Shown here piece after piece: positions 23,210-35,619 of a stretch of 64,000 nucleotides of DNA. Source of the stretch: Candidatus Bathyarchaeota archaeon (GTDB lineage Archaea > Thermoproteota > Bathyarchaeia > Bathyarchaeales > DTEX01); NCBI GenBank assembly GCA_963714275.1, contig CAVQNT010000007.1, positions 96,001 to 160,000 on the forward strand, written 5' to 3'. The translations under genes were made by a program, and so were the position numbers. The notes below the pieces were generated by a model. That model was not told the origin of the DNA. It searched no databases and saw only the letters and a list, made by a program, of their open reading frames with translations. Numbering within the stretch: the stretch's first letter is position 1; each line of letters opens with the position of its first letter.

Positions 23210-23280
23210 TCTGGTTTAGCCACATCTTATGTTGTGGGCATTAATGTAAATAGTTTATTGCCATTATATTTTTCTGGGAA

Positions 23281-24702
23281 TCATTGTGTCTCTGACATCT
23301 TCGGTAATAAAAGAGCACCTAAGTCTTTCGAGATTTCTTTAACGCGACCGTCCGTAAGGTACGTGTATACTTCTTTGTGTGCATCGGCTCTTTTCTCCCA
23401 GTCCCATATTTTCTCCGCAGTTTCTCTGCAGTTTCGGGCAATTTCCTCTGGTCTTCTGTTTTTGTAGGCGCCTTTTTGGTACTGAATTATCTTGTCAGCA
23501 GTTTCCTGTACGTTGTTGGGATTTATCCACAAGCCGTTAAATCCGTCAACGACCTTTTCTCGGAGTCCACCTAAGCCGACCGCTGGAACCACTCCACACG
23601 ACATGGCTTCGAGGTCAACTTGCCCCTGAGGCTCGTATCTTGAAGGAACAAGAGTTAGGCTCCACGAATTGATTACCTTAATCTTTTCTTCCCCAGTATA
23701 GAAGGTGTTGTCAACAAGCACAACATCGTTGAGACCAGCCTCCCGTATTCTGTCCATGAGGCTCAGATAGTAGGGGTTCTGCGGTTCAGTTTTGGTTACA
23801 ACGTGGAATCTGACTTCAGGGATTTTCTTTACAAGCATGGTGGCTAGGTCCGGTATTATGTCTATTCCCTTTACTGGGGTGCATCTTCCGATGAAGCCTA
23901 TTGTGAATCCTTTCTTCTCAACGTTCAGCATGGGTCTGAACTCGTTTGTGTCCACCCCGTGGTATATTGCGAAAACTCTATCCTTGACCTCTCCGAGCCT
24001 CATTCCGTGAGCTCTTAAGCCGAGAAGATACTCTTTCCTGTGTATCTTGCTGACTGTAAACAGGGCTGAATTGGGCAGCCTTTGGAGAATCTTGAACGTC
24101 AGTGGGAACTCGAGGTCACGAATCAAACGGAGCCCTTGATAGAATGAACCGCCATATTCTCCTTTCACCATCAGTTCAAAATCTGAAAGGTCCAGCTTGT
24201 CCGTGGTCCCGTTTATGTTGTTGTGTTGGATTCCGCCGATTCTTCCAGGTTCAGTCGAGTGGATGAAAATTGCTTGAACGAGGTTCGGGTGCAGCATTGC
24301 GTTCAGTGCGCTTCTAACAATTGACATCCAGTCGTTAGGAGCGAAAAGGTCCGCTTCCGTCATCCTGAATGGGGACGGAACGACCCCGAAATTCGTGAAG
24401 TACCTGGAAACCACGAATATTTCCGTAGGCGTCAGGTAATCAACGTTGATGCCATATTGACGGAGTATGTCGTATGTCCAAGCATAGGCTACGTCAAGGT
24501 CTACATCTGTTGATGGTCGCCTTATGATTACACCCTTAAAATCTTCTCTGATCGGAAGTTCAGGATTAAAGCGCATCGAAAAAGTCTTTACGTCGAAGCC
24601 TCTTTTTACGAGTCTGGGGTAAAGGTAATTGTGAAATGTAGATAAACCGCCTACAGCTCCAACCCCAGCCTCGTAGGAGTCAACTCTTAACCTGATTGTC
24701 AT
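23281..24702 (-). CDS. GT4 glycosyltransferase (glycogen/starch synthase-like)
   Basis: VGGL, HSTEPGR, GRCTPVKG and PSRYEPQGQVDLEAM motifs. Confidence 0.85.
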   Translation of the reverse strand: MTIRLRVDSYEAGVGAVGGLSTFHNYLYPRLVKRGFDVKTFSMRFNPELPIREDFKGVIIRRPSTDVDLDVAYAWTYDILRQYGINVDYLTPTEIFVVSRYFTNFGVVPSPFRMTEADLFAPNDWMSIVRSALNAMLHPNLVQAIFIHSTEPGRIGGIQHNNINGTTDKLDLSDFELMVKGEYGGSFYQGLRLIRDLEFPLTFKILQRLPNSALFTVSKIHRKEYLLGLRAHGMRLGEVKDRVFAIYHGVDTNEFRPMLNVEKKGFTIGFIGRCTPVKGIDIIPDLATMLVKKIPEVRFHVVTKTEPQNPYYLSLMDRIREAGLNDVVLVDNTFYTGEEKIKVINSWSLTLVPSRYEPQGQVDLEAMSCGVVPAVGLGGLREKVVDGFNGLWINPNNVQETADKIIQYQKGAYKNRRPEEIARNCRETAEKIWDWEKRADAHKEVYTYLTDGRVKEISKDLGALLLPKMSETQ

Positions 24703-25496
24703 ACAGATTTCAACTCATTTCATAGCGATTCGTGAAAGAACATAAGACAACTAACTTATAAAATTAATAATAACATAATAGTTAGACATCTAAGTATTTT
24801 TAATTCATATATAATGATTTTCCTCACCATTTTCTGTCCCAAACTTACTGAATTTAATAGGTTTTCTACATAAATAATGATTGGTTTGTTTGTTTTTGAA
24901 AAATATCCAAGTACCAATCTATTTCATCACTAGGACTTTGTTTTTTAAAAGAACACCAATATAAAAGCATTAACTTTCATTTTTTTTAATGTTTAGTTAT
25001 ATTACTACCCCCCTGCCCTTACTCTCACAGATTGCTTATATTCAATTTTGATAGAGGGTTTTTTTGGAGGTTGCTAAGGTTGGCGGTTCAGGTCTTTGAT
25101 TTGTCTGAGGTATTAGTTTTTGATAAACCATTCAGAATCCACATCCAGTTCGGTGCCGACGTTAAAAGAGACCAGCGTGAAGAAACATTTGTAACACTGA
25201 GAAATATTGGGTATAAACAAGTCGGCAACACGTCCATATGGATTCTGAGTCGAAAGCCGTTGGAGACAGACTAATGCAGAAGACAGATTGCTGTAACTGC
25301 TTCCACTTTTATGGATACCACTGCAACCTCCAATTAGGTAAGGACCACATTTGGGAATATTGTAAGAAGTTTAAGCCAAAAAATAAAACATATACTTTAA
25401 AAGAAATAGAAAATGAAACTCAATTATAGCAAAGGTGACTTTAATCAATTTAAATAAAGGTTTGTATTTAGCTAGGAGTGTAAATGGTAATCTTCG

Positions 25497-26006
25497 ATGT
25501 TATCCGAAACCGCTCTTTTAACTATGGTGCAAGTAGGAGTTACTGGAGCAGGGCTCGTATTAGCAATTTATACTTTAATTATTCCTATATCCAGAAGAAT
25601 GTTCAATTATCGAGCAAAATTACTTTATAAACAAATTACGGAATTTAAAAAGCAGAATTATACTCTTACGCCTGAAGCTACAAATAAAGAGTTTAAACGC
25701 CTTCGTCAACTTTCAAAGAATATAAGGGAAACTAGAATTTTTCCAAGATATCTGGGTGTTGGTGTGCTTTTTACTTTCTTTTCTTATATTCTTCTAGCTT
25801 TATTGGGATTTGTGGCGTTAAATCCAATTAATCGCACAAATGAAATCGAATTTTTTATTGCATTAATTTTTTTTGTTGCAATTTTTTCATTTCTTTCGCT
25901 CGGAATTTTTACAATCTATGATATTTCTAATACAATGAAAAATGAATATGAAAGAATAAAGAAAAAGATTGAAGAAGATGAAAAAAACATTCTGCTAATT
26001 AAGTAA
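25497..26006 (+). CDS. Hypothetical membrane protein
   Basis: 169-aa ORF with three hydrophobic segments. Confidence 0.6.
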   Translation: MLSETALLTMVQVGVTGAGLVLAIYTLIIPISRRMFNYRAKLLYKQITEFKKQNYTLTPEATNKEFKRLRQLSKNIRETRIFPRYLGVGVLFTFFSYILLALLGFVALNPINRTNEIEFFIALIFFVAIFSFLSLGIFTIYDISNTMKNEYERIKKKIEEDEKNILLIK

Positions 26007-26176
26007 CTGAATTTGGAAAGGCGAAACAGCATCTTGGTTTGATATAGATACTAGTCAGCAAAAATAAGCCCAAAAACAGCATGTAATACTACTAAATTAT
26101 CGTTTATCTAAAACATTTATACAAACCATTAAACTAAACGGTATTCATTCTTTAATCTTGGCTTTGAAGGTCTTTA

Positions 26177-26377
26177 TTAGTTAGCTGGCTTTTTATCATG
26201 TGGAAGAACAAGACCAAGAACAAAAGCAAAGAAACCTAGACCTCCTAGAAATAAAATATACATCTGATATTGCAAGGCGAGGTTTGATGTTGCGAGGAAT
26301 CCGAAAAGTAATATAGCCGCAACCATCATAAAAAACCCTAAAACAAAGAGAAAACTTTTGGTCAGACTACTAGCCAT
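26177..26377 (-). CDS. Small membrane protein with two transmembrane segments
   Basis: Likely start MASSLTKS at 26377; two hydrophobic helices. Confidence 0.45.
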   Translation of the reverse strand: MASSLTKSFLFVLGFFMMVAAILLFGFLATSNLALQYQMYILFLGGLGFFAFVLGLVLPHDKKPAN

Positions 26378-26511
26378 GTAGTTCCCCAATGAAATATATA
26401 GGCCAACATCCTTATATTCATTGTAACAAAAGGTATTGGCTGAAAAGAGGCTCAGGCACCGCGAAGTAAGGGCTGTCATAACAACTTTAAGGGACATAAC
26501 ATCACTTTTTC

Positions 26512-27404
26512 TTATTTCCACCAATCAAGAATCAACAACTGGTCAATCATTTCATGCAATTTCTGTTCTCTATTTAATGAATCAGTCACTAGACTCCTAA
26601 CCTGAGGAGCATTATTTCTAAATCCTTTTTCTATTTCCATCCTTTGAGTGTCGCATTTCTTGATGAAGTTGTAGACTTTCTTCACTCCCTTACTTCTTCT
26701 GGATGTAACAACGTTAATTGGCCACTGGATTTTGTTGAATCCCATACCTCTGTATTAAGCCTTTCATCCCATTCGACAAATGTTTTTAACTTAATGTCTT
26801 CTAACTCATCGTGCAACAATTTCATTAGGTCGTTCCTAGGTTGTTCTCTTTGGCCCTTTACGCTTAATATGTCGAATCCAGTCTTTTCAGCCTCTTTCAA
26901 TTCCCTGATTATAGTATCACGGCATTCATCGAGAGAATCCTTGAAAGGCACATAGACTATTCCTTCTATGTCTGAAGGTCTTTCAACATCCTCTTTCAAC
27001 AAACAACATACTCTTCTGCGTCTAAGAAGCCCCCAAAAATAGCCCATCTCAAAGATTACATTTTGACGAGCGCGAGGTTTCAGTTTATTCAGAAGAACTC
27101 TGAAGTCTCCTATTCTACTTATAGCAGCATGAAATTTCATTTTTTCGATTATAGTTTTTTCACAGCCAACATCGTCAGGAGTTAGAATCACAAAAGTGAA
27201 TCCTACATCTCCTGCGTATTTTTCGAGTTTCTCAGCAAGAGTCAAACCGCCACTCGCTTTTTCATGAAGAACTATAGGATTTAAACCAAAGTCCTTTAAC
27301 ATTGCCTTTAATTCATTAACAGGTTCGATATCGTGACCATGAACGATAAAGGCATTCTTGCTTGAAAAATCAGAGTCTAATGTCAAGATTCTCGGTTTCT
27401 CCAC
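26512..27404 (-). CDS. TIR-like nucleotide-binding domain protein (CAP12/Pycsar-type TIR) with a helical C-terminus, frameshifted near 26685
   Basis: FIVHGHD, LTPDD, RARQNVIFEMGYF and PSDIEG motifs. Confidence 0.85.
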
Positions 27405-27618
27405 CTATATTATAATAAAAAAAACAGTTATAAAAGAATATAATTGACTGAGTCTATTACATTATATTTTTGAGACGTTGATAGACGGTTCGACTTCGAC
27501 AATGCAATTGGAACTCCCTCGCACCATCTTCGGATAGCAACCACATACCAATGGTATCGTCCTCGCATTACTATCGCTTCCCTATCGTATTCCCTTCGTA
27601 TTTTATCGTAATTTGGGC

Positions 27619-27650
27619 TTTCTGAGAGTAAAACATAGATTCCCAGAATA
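27619..27650 (+). pseudogene. Degenerate cas1 3'-end remnant
   Basis: TTTCTGAGAG...AAACATAGATTCCCAGAA matches the remnant at 43330-43420 (TTTCTGAGAG...AAACATGGATTCCCAGAA) with a short deletion. Confidence 0.6.
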
Positions 27651-27727
27651 AAACATGCTAACTAGTTTATCAGGACGAGACCAAAAGACGTTTATCTAAC
27701 ATCTCTTAAGGATTTATAGGATGTGAA

Positions 27728-28481
27728 GTGAGGAAAAGCACAACGTTATTATTCTATACCTTTCTTGTTTTTCTTTTGCCTTTGTGCATCATTGGGTCCG
27801 TACAGTCTCTCGCCAGTTTTATCGAACCTATCGCTAAAATAAATAGGTCTGAGACAATAGTATATTCGAGAGGAGAAGAGAACTTGACAGAAACCCCAGC
27901 CTATCTCCTTCAACTATTCAGTGACAAGGCCCTATACGACAAAGGAGACAAGGTTCTGATCAGTGTATACATTACTGGTGCAGGAGGCATAAATGAGAGC
28001 GCAATATTGGGACATGTCCCACAGAACATAATGTCTGGCAATACGAACATTGTCTTGTTTAAATTCGCTAAAAGTTCTGAATGGGAGGGTTGGAAACCTG
28101 TGTTTCCTCAAGAAGAATTTAAAATGGAAAACCGCTTCGTTGGAATTCTATCGCCTGGATATTTCTCAATCAATCCTGCTGTCAGACCAATGCTTTGGTC
28201 AGAGAACGTATCTTGAGCCCCGACACCAACAAAAAGTATCCCCGATTGCCTTCAGCTTTGAAATCAATCAAGATGCTCCCTCAGGCGACCACAAAATCGA
28301 GTTTGCCTTCAAATACAAATCTGGGGATGGCGAATGGTCAATTTGCAAAAGAGGCCTTATTACCATTCATATAATCGGTTTTGTCGAAAAATACGCCTTG
28401 GGTCTCACAATAATTTGTTCAGCGATCATCACAGTGTGCATCTCAGTACGTATTTTGGATCTTGTCTCACACTTGATGTAA
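27728..28481 (+). CDS. Secreted or membrane-anchored hypothetical protein, frameshifted
   Basis: Signal-like N-terminus (27728-28216) and C-terminal transmembrane segment (28050-28481). Confidence 0.55.
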
Positions 28482-28502
28482 GCGAATCCCAGACATCTAA
28501 CC

Positions 28503-28530
28503 GTTTGGGTTTGGGGATTAAATTTTAATC
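28503..28530 (+). repeat. Cas1-element end motif
   Basis: GTTTGGGTTTGGG followed by GATTAAATTTTAATC. Confidence 0.85.
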
Positions 28531-28609
28531 TTTTTTTTTCTTCTGCTCAATGAATTATTTAAGCTTAAATATTCACGCGCACTCACTTATTCTTAGCGGG
28601 TGATTTGTC

Positions 28610-29041
28610 ATGTCAGCAAAAGAAAATAAGGCGCTCGTGCATCGTTTTTTGAGGAGTCGAACAAGGGGAAGGCAGCCGCCATGGCCGTAATGGACGAGTT
28701 ATGCGCCACTAACATCGTCTATCACGGTGGCGCGGCAGGAAATACGTGGCCTCAAGGACTACAAACAAATGAGCGAGTTGTACAGCGCGTTTCCCGACAT
28801 TCATTTAACCATTGATGACATGGTCGCCGAAGGAGACAAGGTAGCGGTGCGCATTACAATGACTGGCACACACAAAGGTGAATTTATGGGCATCCCTCCT
28901 ACCAATAAGAAGGTGACGATTTGGGCGATCAACATCTACCGCATTGCTGGCGGCAAGATCGTGGAAGAGCTGGGAAAGGCGGATACCTTGGGCTTGATGC
29001 AGCAACTCGGCGTTGTACCCACGCCGAAGAAGGAAAAATAA
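28610..29041 (+). CDS. SnoaL-like ester cyclase family protein, copy 1, frameshifted
   Basis: AFPD..TIDDMVAEGDKVA.R.T.TGTHKGEFMGIPPTNKKV and DTLGLMQQLG. Confidence 0.9.
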
Positions 29042-29643
29042 CCTCCACTAATCGTATTCCGATTTCAGCTTCCCCTCTTTTTCTGTTCGTATAAAGTTTT
29101 TGTTTTTGTGTATTTTTGTTACCCTATCACATAGCAGCTGATAGTTGTCCAGTATCTGCTCTAGCTCTGTTCAACACTGGGGGAATAATCCAGTATTTCA
29201 TGCCGTCTTCACAAAAGTAATACCTGTAGGTCCACTTCTTATGTTTTCCATAATTCCGTGTTTTTTGATTAACTCTTGCAGTTTATCATAGAGTTCAGGA
29301 TACTTGTTTCTAATGATGTATTCGTGACTGTTACCTTGTGTTGACCTGTGCCATTCTGCTTTAGAGAGTTCGTCAATAAGACTCTGCATTTCAGGAGAAA
29401 GTTTCCGTTTCACTGGCTTCAAAATTTAAGCCATCCTTTTATTACCATTTGGTATAATTTTATATCCATTTTTAAACATATATACTTAATGGTTATTCCG
29501 TAGAGTGTTCTAACTAAAAATCAGCAAAAATCTGAAGATGCATATAAATTAATAAAAAAACTAGCTGAGCTAAAAAACTAGATTAAACTTTAATAAAATC
29601 GGTAACTTTAATTCAATAACTAGTTACTGAGAGGTGAATAAGA

Positions 29644-29919
29644 ATGTCAGAAAAAGATTCTGTAGAGTTTAAATGGCTGGATGCTAAACCGATAGGTAAT
29701 CAAACAGTTGTATTTAATTTGGAAGATGGAACGCAAGTAAGGATTAGAGTAGATATAAACAGAGCAGGTGTCGCTATTAACTCCGTCAATCCTGATGGAA
29801 GCCCACAATACCATTTTGATATAGGTATAGCTCAGCAAATAGTTCCTGCACAAAGAAAGTTCAAGTTGCCCAAACAACAAATTGGTCTTCCTAAACCAGA
29901 AAAAAATATCATCGTTTGA
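29644..29919 (+). CDS. Hypothetical protein
   Basis: 91-aa ORF preceded by an RBS-like GAGGTG. Confidence 0.55.
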   Translation: MSEKDSVEFKWLDAKPIGNQTVVFNLEDGTQVRIRVDINRAGVAINSVNPDGSPQYHFDIGIAQQIVPAQRKFKLPKQQIGLPKPEKNIIV

Positions 29920-30765
29920 GCTAGAAACTGAGGGGGTACTATAGTTATCCGAGCTGCAAATCCTTAAAAACTCTTATTTCAATATTAAATCTGTGAACTG
30001 GCTGACGGATTGGTTTGTTATATACCTCCTTCTTGTTCCCTTATTGACTGTTGTGGTTCTATGCTTAAGCTTTTAAATTGTATATTAAGCAAAAAAAGAA
30101 GTGGTTAAGGGATGAAGAAGTAGAAAAGTAGCTAAGTTGAGTTGAGAAAGTGTCTGATCTTTTTTTCTAAGCTATTCCAAAAGCGAAAATAGAACACCTG
30201 CATTTTAAAGCGAAAAACTATATAATTTATATATGTCCAGATAGGTGAAGAGAATGATGACTTGGGATAACCCAATTTTACCTTTACTTTTCACTATCGT
30301 AATTATATCTGGTATTTTAATTCCTCTTCTTATTGTGTTAATATCTTACATACGAATGAATTTGAACAAGAAGAAAAAAGAAAAAATAAAGAAAAGAAAA
30401 TCTCTTAGTTCTAATTTTATTTCGTCATAAGTTTGAAGCGAAAAAGCTAGGGGTAAATGCTTAAAATCGATTCAAAATATTGAGTTATACTTCATAAGAG
30501 TAATTATAATAGTTTCATAAATATATTCTGCTAGTTAGGAGAGAATTTTATGGAAGTAGGTGAACACGAAATAAATAAAGATAAAAAACTTACAATAAAA
30601 GATAAATTATCAATAACAGCACAGGGCATGTTAATGATGGCATCTGCCTTTGAGGTTTTATGGATATACAAAATTTTTTTGGGATTCTAGTCACTAGTTT
30701 AAAAGTAGTCTGGTAATAGTTCCATATTTCTTTTAATGTTTTGGTTCCTTTATGTCCTTGTATTC

Positions 30766-31704
30766 TTATATTCCTTTATGTCCTTGTATTGTATGATTCT
30801 CCGAAAGTATCCATCTATCATGAATATCTCTTTTTATTTTTGCGTCTGTGATTACTCTCACTTCAAACAAGATTCCCTTATTTTTAAGTTCGTTCCTCAA
30901 ATCTTTAAACAATTTTCTGAAGGTCTCATCAGATTTGTCTACAAGCATAAGTATTTTAATTTCCTTTATTTTTCCAGGGTCTAAGGAGGATTCGGATATT
31001 AATTCTAACCCAGGTTTTGTGAAGTATTTGTCTACCCAATGTATGTGGCCTTGGCATGATTTAAGAGTATCCCAAAATACTTTTTTGTTTGTGAATGGTG
31101 TGTCAGGTGATATTAGGGGAGGTCCTTTTTTAATATTATTAAATCCCAAATGTTGTGCTATTTTTGAAATTATTGTTTCTTCTCTCTTAGCGAGGAAGGC
31201 TTCGAAATCGTCAGTTAGCATGTGTTTGAATGCTTCTTTGCTAATTAAGTGAGTTTCAAGAACTTCAATGAATTTTTCTTCGTTTCCTGCAAATTTCTCT
31301 GAGATTATTTGTTTAAGGTAAGTTGAAGGTTTACTGTAACCTTTGACTTGGTTTGTATCTCTCGAAAGCCATGTCATGTTTAGTACTGAATTTATATATT
31401 TTGTTGGCCATTGAATTTGATTTCCAGATTTAGGGAAGATGTGGTCTTGGTTGTGTTGTCTTGCGTTTTTAAGCATTTGCCAAGTTATAAAATCTTTAGC
31501 CCCTTCAAGTGCTATTAATGACATTACGCCCTTATATTTTGAATTGGATTTCGTTTCAGTTTCCTTGAGATGCAGATTTGGGAATTCCTCTTTCATTTTA
31601 AGTATTGTTTTTGGTATTTTACCCCCCCCCTCTTGGATAGCTATTTTTGCGTATCTTGGATTTAACGCCGTAAAAGTGCCTTTAAGAGGCGGTCCACGTG
31701 ACAT
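30766..31704 (-). pseudogene. 5'-truncated GmrSD/DUF1524-like HNH region followed by a PLD-like domain
   Basis: QDHIFPKS...LNMTWLSRDTN; WVDKYF...HDRWI; no DUF262 N-terminus; tandem duplication at the 3' end. Confidence 0.55.
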
Positions 31705-31919
31705 TAACAGTTCAACGTAGCAGTTTGGGTTTTGTTCTAGGATGCTTGATTATGTTAGCATACGTGTTCATACCTCTATAGTAGTTATGCCTAATACTGG
31801 TAGTACTTTAAGGGGTTCAAACAAATAAAAGAGAAAATTGAAATGAACATTGGCACATGATATTATAAGAGTAATAGGCAGCAAATGTCAATAGAATACA
31901 TGTAAGAGAAGGAATCATA

Positions 31920-32997
31920 ATGGTAGATTTACCAAAAACCATGAAAGGGTTGGTTGTCTATGCACCAGGGGATTATAGGCTTGAAGAAGTCCAAGTCCCA
32001 AGAGCGGCTGAAGGTGAAATAGTTATAGAAGTCGAGGCATGCGGTATATGTGCAAGCGATCTAAAGACATATCACGGGGCTCCAAGTATTTGGGGAGGAA
32101 GCGGAAACCCACGTTATATCAAGCCACCGGTGATTCCGGGTCACGAATTTCTAGGTAAGGTTGTCGAAGTCGGCTCACACGTTAAAGGAACCTTCAAGAC
32201 TGATGATAGAGTGATATCTGAGCAAATTGTTCCTTGTTGGGAATGCAAGTTCTGCACAACGGGAAGATACTGGATGTGTCAGAAACACGATTTGTATGGT
32301 TTCCAATCTAATGTAAATGGCGGAATGGCTGAGTATATGAAATTCACTAAGGAAGCGCTGAATCATGTTGTCCCGAAAAATATTCCAATAGAGAAAGCAA
32401 TTTTGATCGAACCGTACTCATGTTCTAAACATTGTGTCGACAGAGCTAACATAGGAAATGATGATGTCGTCGTCTTGTCTGGAGCTGGGCCTCTGGGCCT
32501 CGGCATGGTGGGAGCGATTAGATTGAGGAACCCAAAGACTCTAGTTGTTCTGGACATAAAAGAAAACAGATTGGATCTAGCTGAAAGATTCGGCGCTGAC
32601 ATAACTATGAATCCTGCAAAGCAAAATGTTGTTGAAGAAATAAGGAAAATGACGAATAGTTATGGATGCGATGTTTATATTGAAGCTGACAGGAAATCCG
32701 AAAAGCGTCCAGCAAGGACTTGAAATGATAAGAAAAATGGGTACATTCGTAGAATTCAGCGTATTTAAGGACTTGACAACTGTGGACTGGAGCATCATAA
32801 GCGACCGAAAAGAGCTGAACCTTTATGGGGCACATCTTAGTCCTTACTGCTATGAAACGGTCATAGAATGGATCGGAAACGGCAAAGTTCCAACCGAAGG
32901 AGTAGTAACGCATAAGTTTCCTCTTGAAAAATGGAAAGAAGCCTTTGACGTAGCTGAAAAAGGAGAGGAATCCATAAAAGTAATCTTGGTTCCTTAA
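31920..32997 (+). CDS. Zn-dependent polyol dehydrogenase (erythritol/L-threitol dehydrogenase-like), frameshifted near 32690
   Basis: CGICASD, GHE, C..C.FC.......C and GAGPLG motifs. Confidence 0.88.
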
Positions 32998-33185
32998 AAT
33001 AACTGAAAAGAGAAATCTGAGAAACAATCTTTCCCTACGATTTCCCGGGACGTGCAGCGCGCACACTAGTTCTATGGTTCAATAAATTCGAATTAAATCC
33101 CCATACCCAAACACACACAATTTTACCCCCCACACCAATAGCGGTTCAAATCTGTTAGGACGTTCCAATCTATATACACACTTAG

Positions 33186-34653
33186 TCAGCTCAGCTGGTG
33201 CTGTGAAGCAGTAAAAGTCAAATGGGACGGTTCATTGTGATGATAGACGTTCCAGTTCAAGTAATTTGTGAAGGCTTCGTATAAGACATCCGCAACTTGG
33301 CTTCTACTGATCGCGCAATGATGCTCGAACCCTTTTTTGCATATCTCAGCAAGCAAGGATTGTAGATTGGATATATGGGCCACTCCGTAACATCCAAAGG
33401 TGTTCAAAGGGTTTTCATCCTCATTTGTCAAGAGTCCTTCACCGATGTAGGCGGATATTTCCCCTTTTACGTCGTTCGTAGATAGTCTAACGTATGTGAA
33501 TTCACCAGGTTTTAGTCGGCCGTTCACTGTTCCACAAGAGTTTGACAGTTTTACTGTCTTCTCCAAGATGCTGTGAAATCCCATTGCAATTTCATTAAAA
33601 AAATTTTTGGGTAGGTTGCCGCAGTGAAATAACACCAGTCTGTCAGGATCCTTCCCATAGTTATTGTTCAAGTCAACTAAACCGGGGGGAACTCCCGACG
33701 CTAATTGTAATGCAAGCATACTTAAGGCCCCTGTCACATCCACTTCGCAAGCAGCAGGTAGTAAGTTCTGGCTCAGCATCGACATCACAGTGCAAGGAAC
33801 GACACCAAAGTTCTCCTCCATGGATGTCCAACATTGTATAGCCACGGCGTCTAAGTCTGTTTTCGTTGATCCATCCTTTTAAAACGATGTAAAGTTTCGC
33901 CATCCTCGTAAGTCTCTCGTCAGGGATTTCATTCGTGGAGGTATCAACGTATTTTTTAATCTCCGCTACAGTATCAATAACATCCGGGTTTCTATCCTTC
34001 AACAATTGAGCTTCTACAAGTATCTCAGATAAGTCGATGGTCTCCACGCTAATACCTTGCCGTTCTAGTAGCTTCTCACTATACCTAACGGTGTTAAAGT
34101 CTGCAGGGCGCGCCCCAATCGCGCCTATACGAGCGTTTGATAACCCCTTAACAACCCTGCAGACTGAGCTGAACCATTGAATGTCGTTTTTAAACTCCTC
34201 CGACTTCAAGCCGCAAGTATGAAGCCTAGTTAGTGAGAATTTGATTCCGTATTGCTTAAGGTTGTTACAAAGTGATATCTTGCCGCAAAACGAGTCTCTT
34301 CTTTGGCCCATCTCCATTTTCTCTGGGTCGTCAGGGCTAGCCTGTACAAGTACCGGCACCCTTAATCCCGATAGCCTAATGGCGTCAGCAGCGGATTTCT
34401 CATCACCGAAATTTGGGAGAACAACTATTATTCCATCTATCCCACTGGCGTGACTCCGGAATAGTTCAGCACATTTCTTAGCTTCTCCATATGTTCCGAC
34501 AGTTCCGTATGTGGTTTCTTTTTCATCAAGCACTATCACCTTGTGTCCAATACCTTCAATAACCTTTATTGTTTCCAACCGACCTTTCTGGGCGAGTTCA
34601 ACTGGAAAGAACCCTCTATTTCCAACTATCAATCCAAAAGTGCTACTACTCAT
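33186..34653 (-). CDS. L-fucose/L-arabinose isomerase family protein, frameshifted near 33860
   Basis: NFGDEK, RRDSFCGKIS, IQCW, ACEVD, FHCGN and GFEHH motifs. Confidence 0.85.
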
Positions 34654-34970
34654 AGAATTGTCACCAAACTTTTTTTAAACAAACTGATATAGTAAAGTAA
34701 AAATACTTGTATATTTAACTAGCTACCAAAAGAAGTCATTTTTTCACAAAATCTTTAGAATACATAGCTTATCTAGTAAGTGTTGAAAATGGTAGCAAAC
34801 AAATCTAACATTCTATATGTTTATTCCCATGACACAGATCGTTAGGGTAAACCATATGGATTTGATGTTTCTACGCCGAATATTCAGAAACTAGCAGATA
34901 CCTGTGAGTGAGCTGGGCTGGAACACCTAAAAGAGACGAATACTAATTTTATAGGTCAAATATGAGTCAT

Positions 34971-35612
34971 TTAACCTATTGTTTCATTGATAGAGTCCGC
35001 CATGGAGACTAGCAGTAAGCACATTGAAGTGGCACCTGGGTCTAGTACTCCTTTTGATCTTCCGCCCATTCTGCTTGCGCGGCCTACTTTTGCGACCATG
35101 TTTTTGGTCGAGTCTCTGCCTTCTATCGCTGCTTCTTTCATTGCGTCCAAGGCTTCTTTGAAACTCTTCTCTTCTGCCACTTGGCTTTTGACTGCCTCAA
35201 CTGCTGGTACAAGTGAATCCAGAAGTGTCTTGTCTCCAACCTTGGCTTTCCCTATTCTCTTAATACCGGCTTCGCCTGCTTTTAACATTCTTGCTAAAAC
35301 ATGAGAATCTATAGCATCTTTTCCTTCGCAGACTTTTGCCATTTCTCTGAAGAATGTGCCGTATAAGGGTCCCATTGCCCCACCTATATTGGTCATCAAT
35401 ATTCTGGAAAGGGTTTTCAAGCTGTGTGACAGGTTTCCAGGATTCTTTTTTAATTCTTCTTCGGCTATGGTGAAACCTTTGTTCATGTTTATGCCATGGT
35501 CACCGTCACCAATTGCGCCATCAATTTCGCTCAGATACTGTTTGTTTTTCTGTATGACTTTAATCATGTCATATACGATTTGGCTACCTTCCACATTGGT
35601 GAATGTTTCCAT
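34971..35612 (-). CDS. dhaL: Dihydroxyacetone/erythrulose kinase L subunit
   Basis: DGAIGDGDHG, GGAMGPLYG, GDKTLLD, GRAS and DPGA motifs. Confidence 0.92.
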   Translation of the reverse strand: METFTNVEGSQIVYDMIKVIQKNKQYLSEIDGAIGDGDHGINMNKGFTIAEEELKKNPGNLSHSLKTLSRILMTNIGGAMGPLYGTFFREMAKVCEGKDAIDSHVLARMLKAGEAGIKRIGKAKVGDKTLLDSLVPAVEAVKSQVAEEKSFKEALDAMKEAAIEGRDSTKNMVAKVGRASRMGGRSKGVLDPGATSMCLLLVSMADSINETIG

Positions 35613-35619
35613 AATGCTA

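Noticed and set aside
24700-25100. tRNA or att site at the left island border
   Set aside because: No cloverleaf, and no convincing direct repeat with 53340-53540 found by eye.
31721-31740. GTTTGGGTTTTG as another element end
   Set aside because: Only a single unit, with no adjacent palindrome.
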